A stretch of DNA of 32,000 nt from assembly GCF_014251775.1 (NCBI RefSeq), contig NZ_CP059199.1:1-32000 (forward strand), in the 5' to 3' direction. Shown in pieces: positions 1-9,023 of the stretch (the first letter of the stretch is position 1; each line of letters starts with the position of its first letter). Origin of the DNA: Candidatus Saccharimonadota bacterium (GTDB lineage: Bacteria; Bacteroidota; Bacteroidia; Flavobacteriales; Blattabacteriaceae). The notes under the pieces were generated by a model. It had not been told where the DNA came from, ran no database searches, and was given only the letters and a program-made list of their open reading frames with translations. The position numbers and the translations under genes are program-made.

Positions 1-42
1 TTAAGTTATTAATATTAAAAAAGTTATAATTTATGTAAACTT

Positions 43-1278
43 ATGAATAATAAATCTTTAATAGATTCTTTTTCAGACTTTAAATATGAAAAAAATATAG
101 ACAAAATAAATCTTATGTCTATTTTAGAAGAATCTATACGATCTGTTTTAAAAAAAAAATATGAATCTTCAAAAAATTATGATATTATAGTTAATCTTGA
201 TCAAGGAGATTTAGAAATATGGAGAAATAGAATAGTGGTAAAAGATGGATCAGTAAAAAATACTAATAGAGAAATAGAATTATCTATAGCAAGAAAAATA
301 GAACCTGATTTTGAAATAGGTGAAGAAGTAACAGAAAAAGTAGAATTAAAATCTTTAGGAAGAAGAGCAATTTTATCTTTAAAACAAAATCTTTTATCAA
401 AAATAAATAAACATGACAATACAAATATTTATAAAAAATTTATAAATAAAATAGGAAAGGTTATAAGCGTTGAAGTATATCATATTTTACCAAGATATAT
501 AATTGTTAGAGATGAAGAACTCAATGAAATGATTTTACCAAAACAAGAACAAATTCCAAATGATTTTTTTAAAAAAGGGGATCTAGTTAAAGTTTTAGTA
601 AAAAAAGTTGAATGGAAGGATAATAAACCTTTTGCCATTCTCACTAGAAAAGATTCAAATTTTTTAAAAGAATTATTTAAATTGGAAATTCCAGAAATAT
701 CTGAAGGATTAATTACAATAAAAAAAGTTGTTAGAATTCCAGGTGATAAAGCTAAAATATCAGTAGAATCTTATGACGATAAAATCGATCCAATAGGAGC
801 ATGTGTCGGGATAAAAGGATCTAGAATACATCCTATAGTAAAAGAATTAAGAAATGAAAATATAGATATAATTAATTACACTTCTAATAATGAACTTTAT
901 ATAACTCGTTCATTAAGTCCTGCAAAAATTTCTATGATAGAAATGAATGAAGAAAAAAAACTTGCAAATGTATATTTAAAAGTAGAGGAAATTTCTAAAG
1001 CTATTGGAAAACATGGGCAAAATATAAAATTAGCTAGTCAAATAACCGGTTATAAAATATATGTATTTAAAGATTTTCATTTTGAAGATGATGTCGAATT
1101 AACTGAATTTTCTGACGAAATTGATCCAATAATTTTAGAAAAATTTCGTAAACTTGGACTAAATACTGCAAAATCTATTTTAAATTATAAAAAAAATTCT
1201 TTAATTAAAGCAACTAATATTGAAGAAAAAATAATAACTAAAATAGTTACTATTCTACAAAAAGAATTCGAAAAATAA
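43..1278 (+). CDS. nusA: Transcription termination/antitermination factor NusA
   Basis: 411-aa ORF. The N-terminus is NusA-like (LIDSFSDFKYEKNIDKINLMSILEESI), followed by an S1-like segment and two KH-like segments (GACVGIKGSRIHPIVKEL; KAIGKHGQNIKLASQITG). It lies directly upstream of infB, as in the conserved nusA-infB arrangement. Confidence 0.93.
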   Translation: MNNKSLIDSFSDFKYEKNIDKINLMSILEESIRSVLKKKYESSKNYDIIVNLDQGDLEIWRNRIVVKDGSVKNTNREIELSIARKIEPDFEIGEEVTEKVELKSLGRRAILSLKQNLLSKINKHDNTNIYKKFINKIGKVISVEVYHILPRYIIVRDEELNEMILPKQEQIPNDFFKKGDLVKVLVKKVEWKDNKPFAILTRKDSNFLKELFKLEIPEISEGLITIKKVVRIPGDKAKISVESYDDKIDPIGACVGIKGSRIHPIVKELRNENIDIINYTSNNELYITRSLSPAKISMIEMNEEKKLANVYLKVEEISKAIGKHGQNIKLASQITGYKIYVFKDFHFEDDVELTEFSDEIDPIILEKFRKLGLNTAKSILNYKKNSLIKATNIEEKIITKIVTILQKEFEK

Positions 1279-1362
1279 ATTAATAACATTAAAAAATTAA
1301 AACTTTTATAAGTTTTTTTTATCACTAAATTTTTATTTTTGTTCTTAATTGAAAAATAAAAT

Positions 1363-3912
1363 ATGGTTGATAAAATTAGATTAAAAACGGTATTAACTAG
1401 ATATAACATATCATTACAAAGATTAGTTAATTTTTTAAAAAAAAATGGAATTAAAATAGAAAATAATCCTAATTCTAAAATAGAAGAAAAAACATATAAA
1501 TTTATAGTAAAAGAATTTCAAAATCATATAAATTTTAATAAATCAGAAAAATTATTATTAAAAAATAAAATAGATAGAAAAAAATTGGAGTTAGAAAAAA
1601 AACTAGAATTAGAAAAAAAACTAGAATTAGAAAAAAAACTAGAATTAGAAAAAAAACTAGAATTAGAAAAAAAACTAGAATTAGAAAAAAAACTAGAATT
1701 AGAAAAAAAACTAGAATTAGAAAAAAATAAAAATAAAATTTATAAAAAACCTGAACATATAAATACTATCTATCAAAAATTAGATGGTGTTATTTTAACA
1801 GGTGATAGAATAGATCTATCTAAATTCGAAAAAAAAAATAATCAAGACTTAAAAAAAAAGAGAAAAAGAATTAGAAAAAAAATATCATTTGTTAATTCTA
1901 ATTTTAATGATAAAAAATTTCATAAAAAAATTAAAAAGAATAATTTTACTAATTCATTTAATTTCAATGAAAAAAAATTATTAAAAAAAAATAATCAAAA
2001 TAAAAGATTAAAAATTAATAATGGAAAAATTGAAAAAAAAATAAAAAAAAATTTAGAAAATTCATCCAATAAAGCTACAAAATCAAAGCATTTAAAAATA
2101 AAAAAAGAAAAACGTCAGAATAAAAAAGAATACAAAAAAAATATTCAAGTAAAAATAGAAAGTAAGAAAAAAGAAAAATTATTAAAATTATCTGAATTTA
2201 CTACAGTTAATGAACTATCATCAATGATGAACGTAAGTCCAGCTGATATAATCATGTATTGTATGTCTTTGGGGGTTATGGTAACTATGAATCAAAGATT
2301 AGATACAGAAATCTTAACATTAGTAGCTGATGAATTTGGATATAATTTAGAATTTATAGATTTAGATTTAGAAGAAGCAATTAAAGATAATAAAGATTTA
2401 GAAAAAGACTTGAAACCGAGACCTCCTATAATTACTATTATGGGACATGTAGATCATGGTAAAACTTCATTATTGGATTATATAAGAAATACAAATGTTA
2501 TTGCAGGAGAATCAGGGGGGATTACTCAACATATAGCAGCTTATAGCGTAGAATGTAATAAAAATCAAAGTATTACTTTTTTAGATACTCCTGGACATGA
2601 AGCTTTCACTGCTATGAGAGCAAGAGGAGCACAAATAACTGATATTGCAATTATAGTAATAGCTTCAGATGATCAAGTAATGCCACAAACAAAAGAGGCA
2701 ATTAGTCATGCACAAGCCGCTAATGTGCCAATGATTTTTGTATTCAATAAAATTGATAAACCTAATTCAAATCCTAATAAAATTAAAGAACAATTATCAA
2801 AACTTAATTTATTAGTTGAAGATTGGGGAGGCAAAATTCCATCTCAAGAGATATCAGCAAAAGTAGGAACAGGAATTAAAGAATTATTAGAAAAAGTTAT
2901 TCTAGTTTCAGAATTATTGAATTTAAAAGCTAATCCTAATAAACCAGCTGTAGGAACAGTAATAGAAGCATCTTTAGATAAAGGAAAAGGATATATTACC
3001 ACTATTCTTATACAAGGAGGTACTTTAAAAATAGGAGATTATGTTTTAGCTGGAGCTCATCACGGAAAAATTAAAAATTTATTGGACGAAAGGGGAAAAT
3101 ATATTTTACAAGCAGGGCCATCTAAACCAGTAACTATAGTAGGATTAAATGGTGCTGCTACTCCAGGAGAGAAATTTAAAGTATTTAAAAATGAAAAAGA
3201 AGCTAAACAATTAGCTATAAGAAGAGAACAGTTAAAAAGAGAACAAAGTATTCGTGCTCAAAAACACCTTACATTAGATGATATAGGGAAACGAATAGCT
3301 TTAGGTGATTTTAAAGAATTAAAAATAATTATTAAGGGAGATGTAGATGGTTCAGTAGAGGCTATAGCAGATTCTTTACAAAAATTATCTAGAAATAATA
3401 TAGTTATTAGTATTATTTACAAAGGAGTAGGACAAATTACAGAATCAGATATTCTATTAGCAACTGCTTCAGATGCTATTGTGATAGGATTTAATATTCG
3501 TCCTAATGTAAATGCAAGAAATATAGCAAAAAAAGAAAATATAGAAATCCGTACTTATTCTATCATATATGATGTAATAAATGATATTCAAGAAGCTATA
3601 AATGGACTTTTTTCATCAGAAAAAAAAGAAAAAATATTGGGAAATGCAGAAGTTAGAGAGATATTTAAAATTCCTAAGATAGGAAAAATAGCAGGATGTA
3701 TGGTAATTGAAGGAAAATTATACAGAAATGCAAAAGTTAGATTAATTAGAGAAGGAGTTATCATTTATAATGGTGAGTTAAATTCTTTAAAACGTTTTAA
3801 AGAAGATGTTAAAGAAGTTAAAAAAGGATATGAATGCGGATTAGGTATAAAGAATTATCCTGATATAAAATCAGGAGATTCAATAGAAGCTTATGAAGAA
3901 TTATCTGAATAA
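1363..3912 (+). CDS. infB: Translation initiation factor IF-2
   Basis: 849-aa ORF with GTPase motifs GHVDHGKT (G1), DTPGHEAF (G3) and NKID (G4). The N-terminus is IF2_N-like (MVDKIRLKTVLTRYNISLQRLVNFLKKNG) and the C-terminal domains are conserved. The N-terminal third is Lys/Asn/Glu low complexity and contains a tandem repeat. Confidence 0.96.
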   Translation: MVDKIRLKTVLTRYNISLQRLVNFLKKNGIKIENNPNSKIEEKTYKFIVKEFQNHINFNKSEKLLLKNKIDRKKLELEKKLELEKKLELEKKLELEKKLELEKKLELEKKLELEKKLELEKNKNKIYKKPEHINTIYQKLDGVILTGDRIDLSKFEKKNNQDLKKKRKRIRKKISFVNSNFNDKKFHKKIKKNNFTNSFNFNEKKLLKKNNQNKRLKINNGKIEKKIKKNLENSSNKATKSKHLKIKKEKRQNKKEYKKNIQVKIESKKKEKLLKLSEFTTVNELSSMMNVSPADIIMYCMSLGVMVTMNQRLDTEILTLVADEFGYNLEFIDLDLEEAIKDNKDLEKDLKPRPPIITIMGHVDHGKTSLLDYIRNTNVIAGESGGITQHIAAYSVECNKNQSITFLDTPGHEAFTAMRARGAQITDIAIIVIASDDQVMPQTKEAISHAQAANVPMIFVFNKIDKPNSNPNKIKEQLSKLNLLVEDWGGKIPSQEISAKVGTGIKELLEKVILVSELLNLKANPNKPAVGTVIEASLDKGKGYITTILIQGGTLKIGDYVLAGAHHGKIKNLLDERGKYILQAGPSKPVTIVGLNGAATPGEKFKVFKNEKEAKQLAIRREQLKREQSIRAQKHLTLDDIGKRIALGDFKELKIIIKGDVDGSVEAIADSLQKLSRNNIVISIIYKGVGQITESDILLATASDAIVIGFNIRPNVNARNIAKKENIEIRTYSIIYDVINDIQEAINGLFSSEKKEKILGNAEVREIFKIPKIGKIAGCMVIEGKLYRNAKVRLIREGVIIYNGELNSLKRFKEDVKEVKKGYECGLGIKNYPDIKSGDSIEAYEELSE
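1585..1728 (+). repeat. In-frame 18-bp tandem repeat, 8 units, encoding (LELEKK)n within infB
   Basis: The unit ctagaattagaaaaaaaa starts at 1603, 1621, 1639, 1657, 1675 and 1693, giving six nucleotide-identical copies. A diverged copy precedes them at 1585 (ttggagttagaaaaaaaa), and a copy with one mismatch follows at 1711. Confidence 0.97.
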
Positions 3913-3944
3913 TTATAATAATAATTAATAAAAATATATCTGTT

Positions 3945-5633
3945 ATGTATAGAACACATAATTGTAGAGAGTTATGTAAAAAAAATATAGGTGATCAAGT
4001 AATATTATCTGGATGGATAAATCAAATAAGAAATTTAGGATCTTTATTTTTTATAGATATCAGAGATTATTTTGGAATAACCCAATTAATAATTGATAAA
4101 AATAAAATAAAAGAAAATTTAGGAAAAGAATTTTTAATAAAAATAGAAGGAAAAGTAGTTGAAAGATATTCAAAAAATTATGATTTACATACAGGATCAA
4201 TAGAAGTAATAGTATCAAAAATAAAAATTTTGAATAAATCTATTCCTCTTCCATTCAATATCAATAAAAAAGAAATAGATGGAAAAGAAGAAGATAGAAT
4301 GACTTATAGATATCTTGATATAAGAAGATCATCTATAAAAGAAAATTTAATATTCCGTCATAATATAGTATTAAAAATACGTAATTTCTTATCTAACAAT
4401 AATTTTATAGAAATAGAAACACCTATGTTAATTAATCACACCCCTGAGGGGGCTAGAAGTTTTTTTGTTCCATCAAGAAAATATCAAAATAAATTTTATT
4501 CACTTCCTCAATCGCCTCAAATGTTTAAACAATTATTGATGATTGGTGGGATTGATAGATATTTCCAAATAGTTAAATGTTTTAGAGACGAAGATTCTCG
4601 TTCTGATAGACAAATAGAATTTACTCAAATAGATTGTGAAATGGCATTTGTAGAAATTGAGGGTATATTAAAATTTTTTGAAAAATTTATTCATTATATT
4701 TTTTATATTAATAATATTAAATTATTAAATAAAAAATTTACTGTTATCCCTTATAAAGAATCTATTAAAAAATATGGAACAGAATCTCCTGATATCCGTT
4801 ACGGAATGGAGTTTTGTAACTTAAATTCTTTAATTTATAAAGAAAATATTCATTCTCTTGTAGAGAATGAATTGATAATAGGAATTAAATTAGAAAATTT
4901 TAATGAAACTATTTACAAAAAAATTGATTTTTTAATTAAAGAAATTAAAAACGATAATATTTTTTGTATTAAATATTTATCAGATAAAAAAATATCTATT
5001 ATTAATAATAAAGAAAATATTAATATAAAACATTTATATATAATTTCCAAGTTTTTTGAAATTAAAACAATGAGTTATATATTCATTTCTTATGGTAAAA
5101 AGCATTTAGCAAGATTTATTTTAAATAAAATACGTAATAGAATAATTAAAATAATTGATATTAAAAATAATAAAAAAATTTATTCTCCTGTTTGGATTAC
5201 AGATCATCCTATATTGAAATGGAAAAAAAAACAAAAAATTTATAAATCCATGCATCATCCATTTACTAGTCCTAAAGAAGAAGATATTCATTTATTAAAA
5301 ACGAATCCTGAAAAGGTAAGATCTAAATCATATGATTTAATTATAAATGGAATAGAAATTGCCAGTGGTTCTATAAGAATTCATAAAAAAAATATACAAA
5401 ATATTATATTTAAACATTTAGGATTTTCATATAAAAAAATAAATTCCATTTTTGGATTTTTCACTAAGGCATTAGAATATGGTGCTCCACCTCATGGGGG
5501 AATTGCTTTTGGTTTAGATCGGTTAATAACTCTATTACGAAATAGTGATAATATAAAAAATTTTATAGCTTTTCCAAAAAATAATTCTGGAAAAGATCTT
5601 ATGACTAATGCTCCATCTAAAAAAATAGAATAA
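3945..5633 (+). CDS. aspS: Aspartyl-tRNA synthetase (class II)
   Basis: 562-aa ORF with an N-terminal OB anticodon-binding region. Class II motif 2 context is FRDEDSRSDRQIEFTQID and motif 3 context is GGIAFGLDRLITLL. A bacterial-type insertion domain is present but AT-biased. Confidence 0.93.
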   Translation: MYRTHNCRELCKKNIGDQVILSGWINQIRNLGSLFFIDIRDYFGITQLIIDKNKIKENLGKEFLIKIEGKVVERYSKNYDLHTGSIEVIVSKIKILNKSIPLPFNINKKEIDGKEEDRMTYRYLDIRRSSIKENLIFRHNIVLKIRNFLSNNNFIEIETPMLINHTPEGARSFFVPSRKYQNKFYSLPQSPQMFKQLLMIGGIDRYFQIVKCFRDEDSRSDRQIEFTQIDCEMAFVEIEGILKFFEKFIHYIFYINNIKLLNKKFTVIPYKESIKKYGTESPDIRYGMEFCNLNSLIYKENIHSLVENELIIGIKLENFNETIYKKIDFLIKEIKNDNIFCIKYLSDKKISIINNKENINIKHLYIISKFFEIKTMSYIFISYGKKHLARFILNKIRNRIIKIIDIKNNKKIYSPVWITDHPILKWKKKQKIYKSMHHPFTSPKEEDIHLLKTNPEKVRSKSYDLIINGIEIASGSIRIHKKNIQNIIFKHLGFSYKKINSIFGFFTKALEYGAPPHGGIAFGLDRLITLLRNSDNIKNFIAFPKNNSGKDLMTNAPSKKIE

Positions 5634-5650
5634 AAAACTTTATTTGATTA

Positions 5651-6139
5651 TTAATTTTGTTTTTTTTTAAAACGCAAATAAGATTCTTTATACAAATGAA
5701 TAGCAGATTTTTTATTTTTCCAACCTTCTATTTTTACTATTTTATTTTCTAAATCTTTATAAACAGAAAAAAAATGTTCTATCTCTTTTTTTGCATGTAA
5801 TGGAATTTCATTAATATCTTCAATTTTATTATAATTTGGATCAGAAAGTGGAACACATATTATTTTTTCATCTTTCTCTTTATTATCAACCATAGAAAAA
5901 ATTCCAATCGGTTTAACTTTAATTAAACATCCAGGAATAGTGGGAGCTGTTAAAAAAACTAATACATCCATTGGATCTCCATCTAAAGAAAGAGTATTTG
6001 GAATAAATCCATAATCAGCCGGATAAATCATAGGAGAATATAATACCCGATCCAATCGGATTAAATTATTATCTTTATCAAATTCATATTTATTTCTACT
6101 TCCTTTAGGGATTTCAATTAACACGTCAAAAGTAATCAT
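5651..6139 (-). CDS. ppa: Inorganic pyrophosphatase, family I
   Basis: 162-aa ORF with family I signatures EIPKGSRNKYEFD and DGDPMDVLV. Confidence 0.93.
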   Translation of the reverse strand: MITFDVLIEIPKGSRNKYEFDKDNNLIRLDRVLYSPMIYPADYGFIPNTLSLDGDPMDVLVFLTAPTIPGCLIKVKPIGIFSMVDNKEKDEKIICVPLSDPNYNKIEDINEIPLHAKKEIEHFFSVYKDLENKIVKIEGWKNKKSAIHLYKESYLRFKKKQN

Positions 6140-6150
6140 CGTTATTTTAT

Positions 6151-7380
6151 TTATATTTCTGTATAAAAGTTAAATTTTTCTAAATATATAGCGACTCTTT
6201 TAGCAAAACTACCTCCTAAAAATCCATCTATAACACGATGATCATAAGAATGAGATAAGTAAGTTTTATATCTAATTCCAATGCAATCTCCTTTTGAACT
6301 TTCTATGATAGATAACTTTTTATGAATTAATCCTATGGCAAGAATAGCTACTTGTGGTTGATTTATAATTGGTGTTCCAAAAAGATTTCCAAAACTACCA
6401 ATATTACTAATAGTGTAAGTTCCTCCTCTAGTTTCTTCTGGTTTTAATTCATTTAATTTTGCTCTTTTTATTAAGTCATTAATAATCTTTATCAATCCTC
6501 TTAAATTATATGAATCCGCATATTTAATTACAGGAACAATTAGATCGCCATTAGGTAATGCAGTAGCAAAACCTATATTTATATTTTTTTTTTTGATAAT
6601 ATTTTTACCATTTACAGATATATTGATCATAGGATTATCTTTGATGGCTTTTACCACACATTCAACAAAAATTGACATCAGTGTTAATCTTTCTCCGGTA
6701 TTATTTTGAAATGAATCTTTAATATTATTCCTCCATTTCACAATGTTAGTAACATCTGCTTCAACAAAAGAAGTAACATGTGCTGATATTCTTCTGCTAT
6801 CTATCATATTTTTTGATATCATTTGACGAGTCCTATTCATTTCAAATATATCTTCATTTATTTCATTGTTATCAATTTTTTTAGAGTAAAAAATATTATT
6901 ATATGATGATTTATCTTCAGATAAAGAAAATTTTTCTTTATTTTTTTTCTTAATATAGTCTAATATATCTTTTTTAGTAATTCTTTTATACTCACCGGTT
7001 CCATTTATTGTTTCTAACTCATAATAATTTATTCCTTCTTTTTTAGCAATAGAACGAACAAGAGGTGAATAAAATTTTTGTTTATTCTTTGTTATTTCTG
7101 TTTCTTTAAAAGATATAGAATTATTTTTTTCATTTTTTTTATTTTTTTCTAAAATTGCTATGGGATATCCTATTTTAACAATTTCATTAGTAGCAAACAG
7201 TAGTTTCTTTATAATACCACTTATAGGAGATGGAATTTCAGAATTGATTTTATCTGTTGCGATTTCTACTAAAATTTCTTCTTTTTTTACAAAATCTCCT
7301 TCTTTTTTTAACCAACGAATGACAGTAGCTTCATTGATACTTTCACCCATAGAAGGAAGTATAAGTTTATATTCTCCCAT
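6151..7380 (-). CDS. 2-oxoacid dehydrogenase complex E2 (dihydrolipoamide acyltransferase); substrate class not resolvable from sequence alone
   Basis: 409-aa ORF. It has an N-terminal lipoyl domain with lipoyl-lysine motif EIATDK, an E3/E1-binding segment (SPLVRSIAKKEGINY) and a C-terminal catalytic domain with DHRVIDG. The N-terminus (LPSMGESINEATV) resembles the flavobacterial branched-chain/PDH-like E2 more than SucB. Confidence 0.88.
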   Translation of the reverse strand: MGEYKLILPSMGESINEATVIRWLKKEGDFVKKEEILVEIATDKINSEIPSPISGIIKKLLFATNEIVKIGYPIAILEKNKKNEKNNSISFKETEITKNKQKFYSPLVRSIAKKEGINYYELETINGTGEYKRITKKDILDYIKKKNKEKFSLSEDKSSYNNIFYSKKIDNNEINEDIFEMNRTRQMISKNMIDSRRISAHVTSFVEADVTNIVKWRNNIKDSFQNNTGERLTLMSIFVECVVKAIKDNPMINISVNGKNIIKKKNINIGFATALPNGDLIVPVIKYADSYNLRGLIKIINDLIKRAKLNELKPEETRGGTYTISNIGSFGNLFGTPIINQPQVAILAIGLIHKKLSIIESSKGDCIGIRYKTYLSHSYDHRVIDGFLGGSFAKRVAIYLEKFNFYTEI

Positions 7381-7487
7381 TTAAATTTATCATTTTATAT
7401 ATTTGCATTATTGCATTATAGATAAAAACTAAATCATTAGAAAATCATTAGGATTAATCGTTAAAAATAATAAATTCATTTCAAAAA

Positions 7488-9023
7488 ATGAAAATTCTTT
7501 CTTTAAAACAAATAAAACAGGCAGATAAAAATTGTATCCAATCCGAATCTATTTCTCATTTTGAGCTAATGAAAAGAGCTGCAAAAAAATGTTTTGATTG
7601 GATTAAAAATTCTAAATTTATAAAATATAAAAAATATCCTTTTATAATTTTAGCAGGAAATGGAAATAATGGAGGAGATGGTATGGCTCTAGCTGAATTG
7701 TTATATATAAATGGATTAAAACCTTCTGTATATATAATTAATATTTCTAATCATTATTCTAATGAATTTATTTTAAATAAAAATAATTTATTGAATTATT
7801 ATAAAATAAAAATTCATAACATTTATGAAAATGACTATTTTCCTATTTTAAATAAAAAAAGTTATCTTATTGATGCTATTCTAGGAATAGGATTGAATAG
7901 ACCAATAACAAAATATTGGCAGTCATTTTTCCATTTTATAAATAAAAAAAAATTCTTATCTGTCTTATCTATAGATATTCCTTCTGGAATTTTTATCGAA
8001 AAAAATATTGAATTTTCTTCCAATTCTATCATTAAATCTGATCATGTTCTAAGTTTTCAAATTCCAAAGTTACCGTTTTTATTGCCTGATTATGAGAATT
8101 TTATAAATAATTGGCATTTACTAGATATCGGATGGAAAAAAAAATTTATTGATAAAAAAATATATTGTAAATATTTTTTTATAGAAAAAAAGGATGTTTC
8201 TTTTTTAAAAAAAAAAAGAAAAAAATTTTCTCATAAAGGAAATTATGGTCATGGATTAATTATAGGTGGTAGTTATGGTATGATTGGATCTATAATACTT
8301 GCTGGAAAAGCTAGTTTTCGTAGTGGAATTGGAAAATTAAGTATATATGTTCCATATTGTGGATATGATATAATTCAAAATAATGTTTTCGAAGCTATTG
8401 TAAAAACTGATAAAAAAAAAAATTACATAAGTAATATTACTATTACAGATATAGATAAAATAAATGCTATAGGAATAGGAATGGGATTAGGAATACATTC
8501 CAATACAATAAATTCTTTTATTAAATTTTTATATAAAATTAAGGAAAATTTAATTCCTGCTGTTATTGATGCAGATGCTATAAATATTTTATCTATAAAA
8601 AAATATTTACTTAATTTACTTCCTAGTAATACAATATTAACTCCTCATCCAAAAGAATTTAAAAATTTATTTGGATCATGGAATAATGATTATCAAAAAT
8701 TATATCTTTTAAAAAAATATTCTAAAAAATATAAAATATTCATTGTGTTAAAAGGCGCTTATACTATTATTTCTACTCCTGATGAAGAATTATATTTTAA
8801 TAGCACCGGAAATCCTGGAATGGCAACTGCTGGAAGTGGAGATGTTCTTACAGGAATTATAGTTAGTTTATTATCTCAAGGATATTCTTCAATAGAATCA
8901 TGTATTATTGGTGTTTATTTGCACGGATTATCAGGAGATATAGCTTCAAAAAAATTAGGGGAAGAATCTATTAATTCTACCGATATAATTCATTATTTAA
9001 CAGAAGCTTTCCAGAAAATTTAA
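7488..9023 (+). CDS. nnr: Bifunctional NAD(P)H-hydrate repair enzyme (epimerase / ADP-dependent dehydratase)
   Basis: 511-aa ORF. The N-terminal YjeF_N part carries AGNGNNGGDG. The C-terminal carbohydrate-kinase-like part carries KGNYGHGLIIGGSYGMIGS and GNPGMATAGSGDVLTG. Confidence 0.88.
   Translation: MKILSLKQIKQADKNCIQSESISHFELMKRAAKKCFDWIKNSKFIKYKKYPFIILAGNGNNGGDGMALAELLYINGLKPSVYIINISNHYSNEFILNKNNLLNYYKIKIHNIYENDYFPILNKKSYLIDAILGIGLNRPITKYWQSFFHFINKKKFLSVLSIDIPSGIFIEKNIEFSSNSIIKSDHVLSFQIPKLPFLLPDYENFINNWHLLDIGWKKKFIDKKIYCKYFFIEKKDVSFLKKKRKKFSHKGNYGHGLIIGGSYGMIGSIILAGKASFRSGIGKLSIYVPYCGYDIIQNNVFEAIVKTDKKKNYISNITITDIDKINAIGIGMGLGIHSNTINSFIKFLYKIKENLIPAVIDADAINILSIKKYLLNLLPSNTILTPHPKEFKNLFGSWNNDYQKLYLLKKYSKKYKIFIVLKGAYTIISTPDEELYFNSTGNPGMATAGSGDVLTGIIVSLLSQGYSSIESCIIGVYLHGLSGDIASKKLGEESINSTDIIHYLTEAFQKI

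Noticed and set aside
201-419. 72-aa minus-strand ORF inside nusA. The same applies to 1185..1409(-), 7160..7384(+), 11829..12065(+), 15576..15767(+), 17062..17295(-), 17406..17636(-) and 23321..23503(-).
   Set aside because: Each lies largely or entirely antisense to a well-supported conserved gene. Each has a low-complexity, Phe/Ile/Lys-rich composition typical of shadow frames in AT-rich DNA, and none has a recognisable motif.
1299-1320. Hairpin AAAACTT-TTAT-AAGTTTT followed by a T-run between nusA and infB, a possible intrinsic terminator.
   Set aside because: The stem is 7 bp with only one G:C pair, so it is very weak. nusA and infB are normally co-transcribed. Such A/T palindromes plus T-runs are expected by chance at this composition.
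7398-7419. TATATTTG -7-like box followed by the tandem octamer ttgcatta x2, and the nearby direct repeat aatcattag x2 (7431-7451) in the E2/nnr divergent spacer, a possible operator or promoter.
   Set aside because: No correctly spaced -33 TTTG is present. The repeats are very short and AT-rich. The evidence is insufficient to call a regulatory site.
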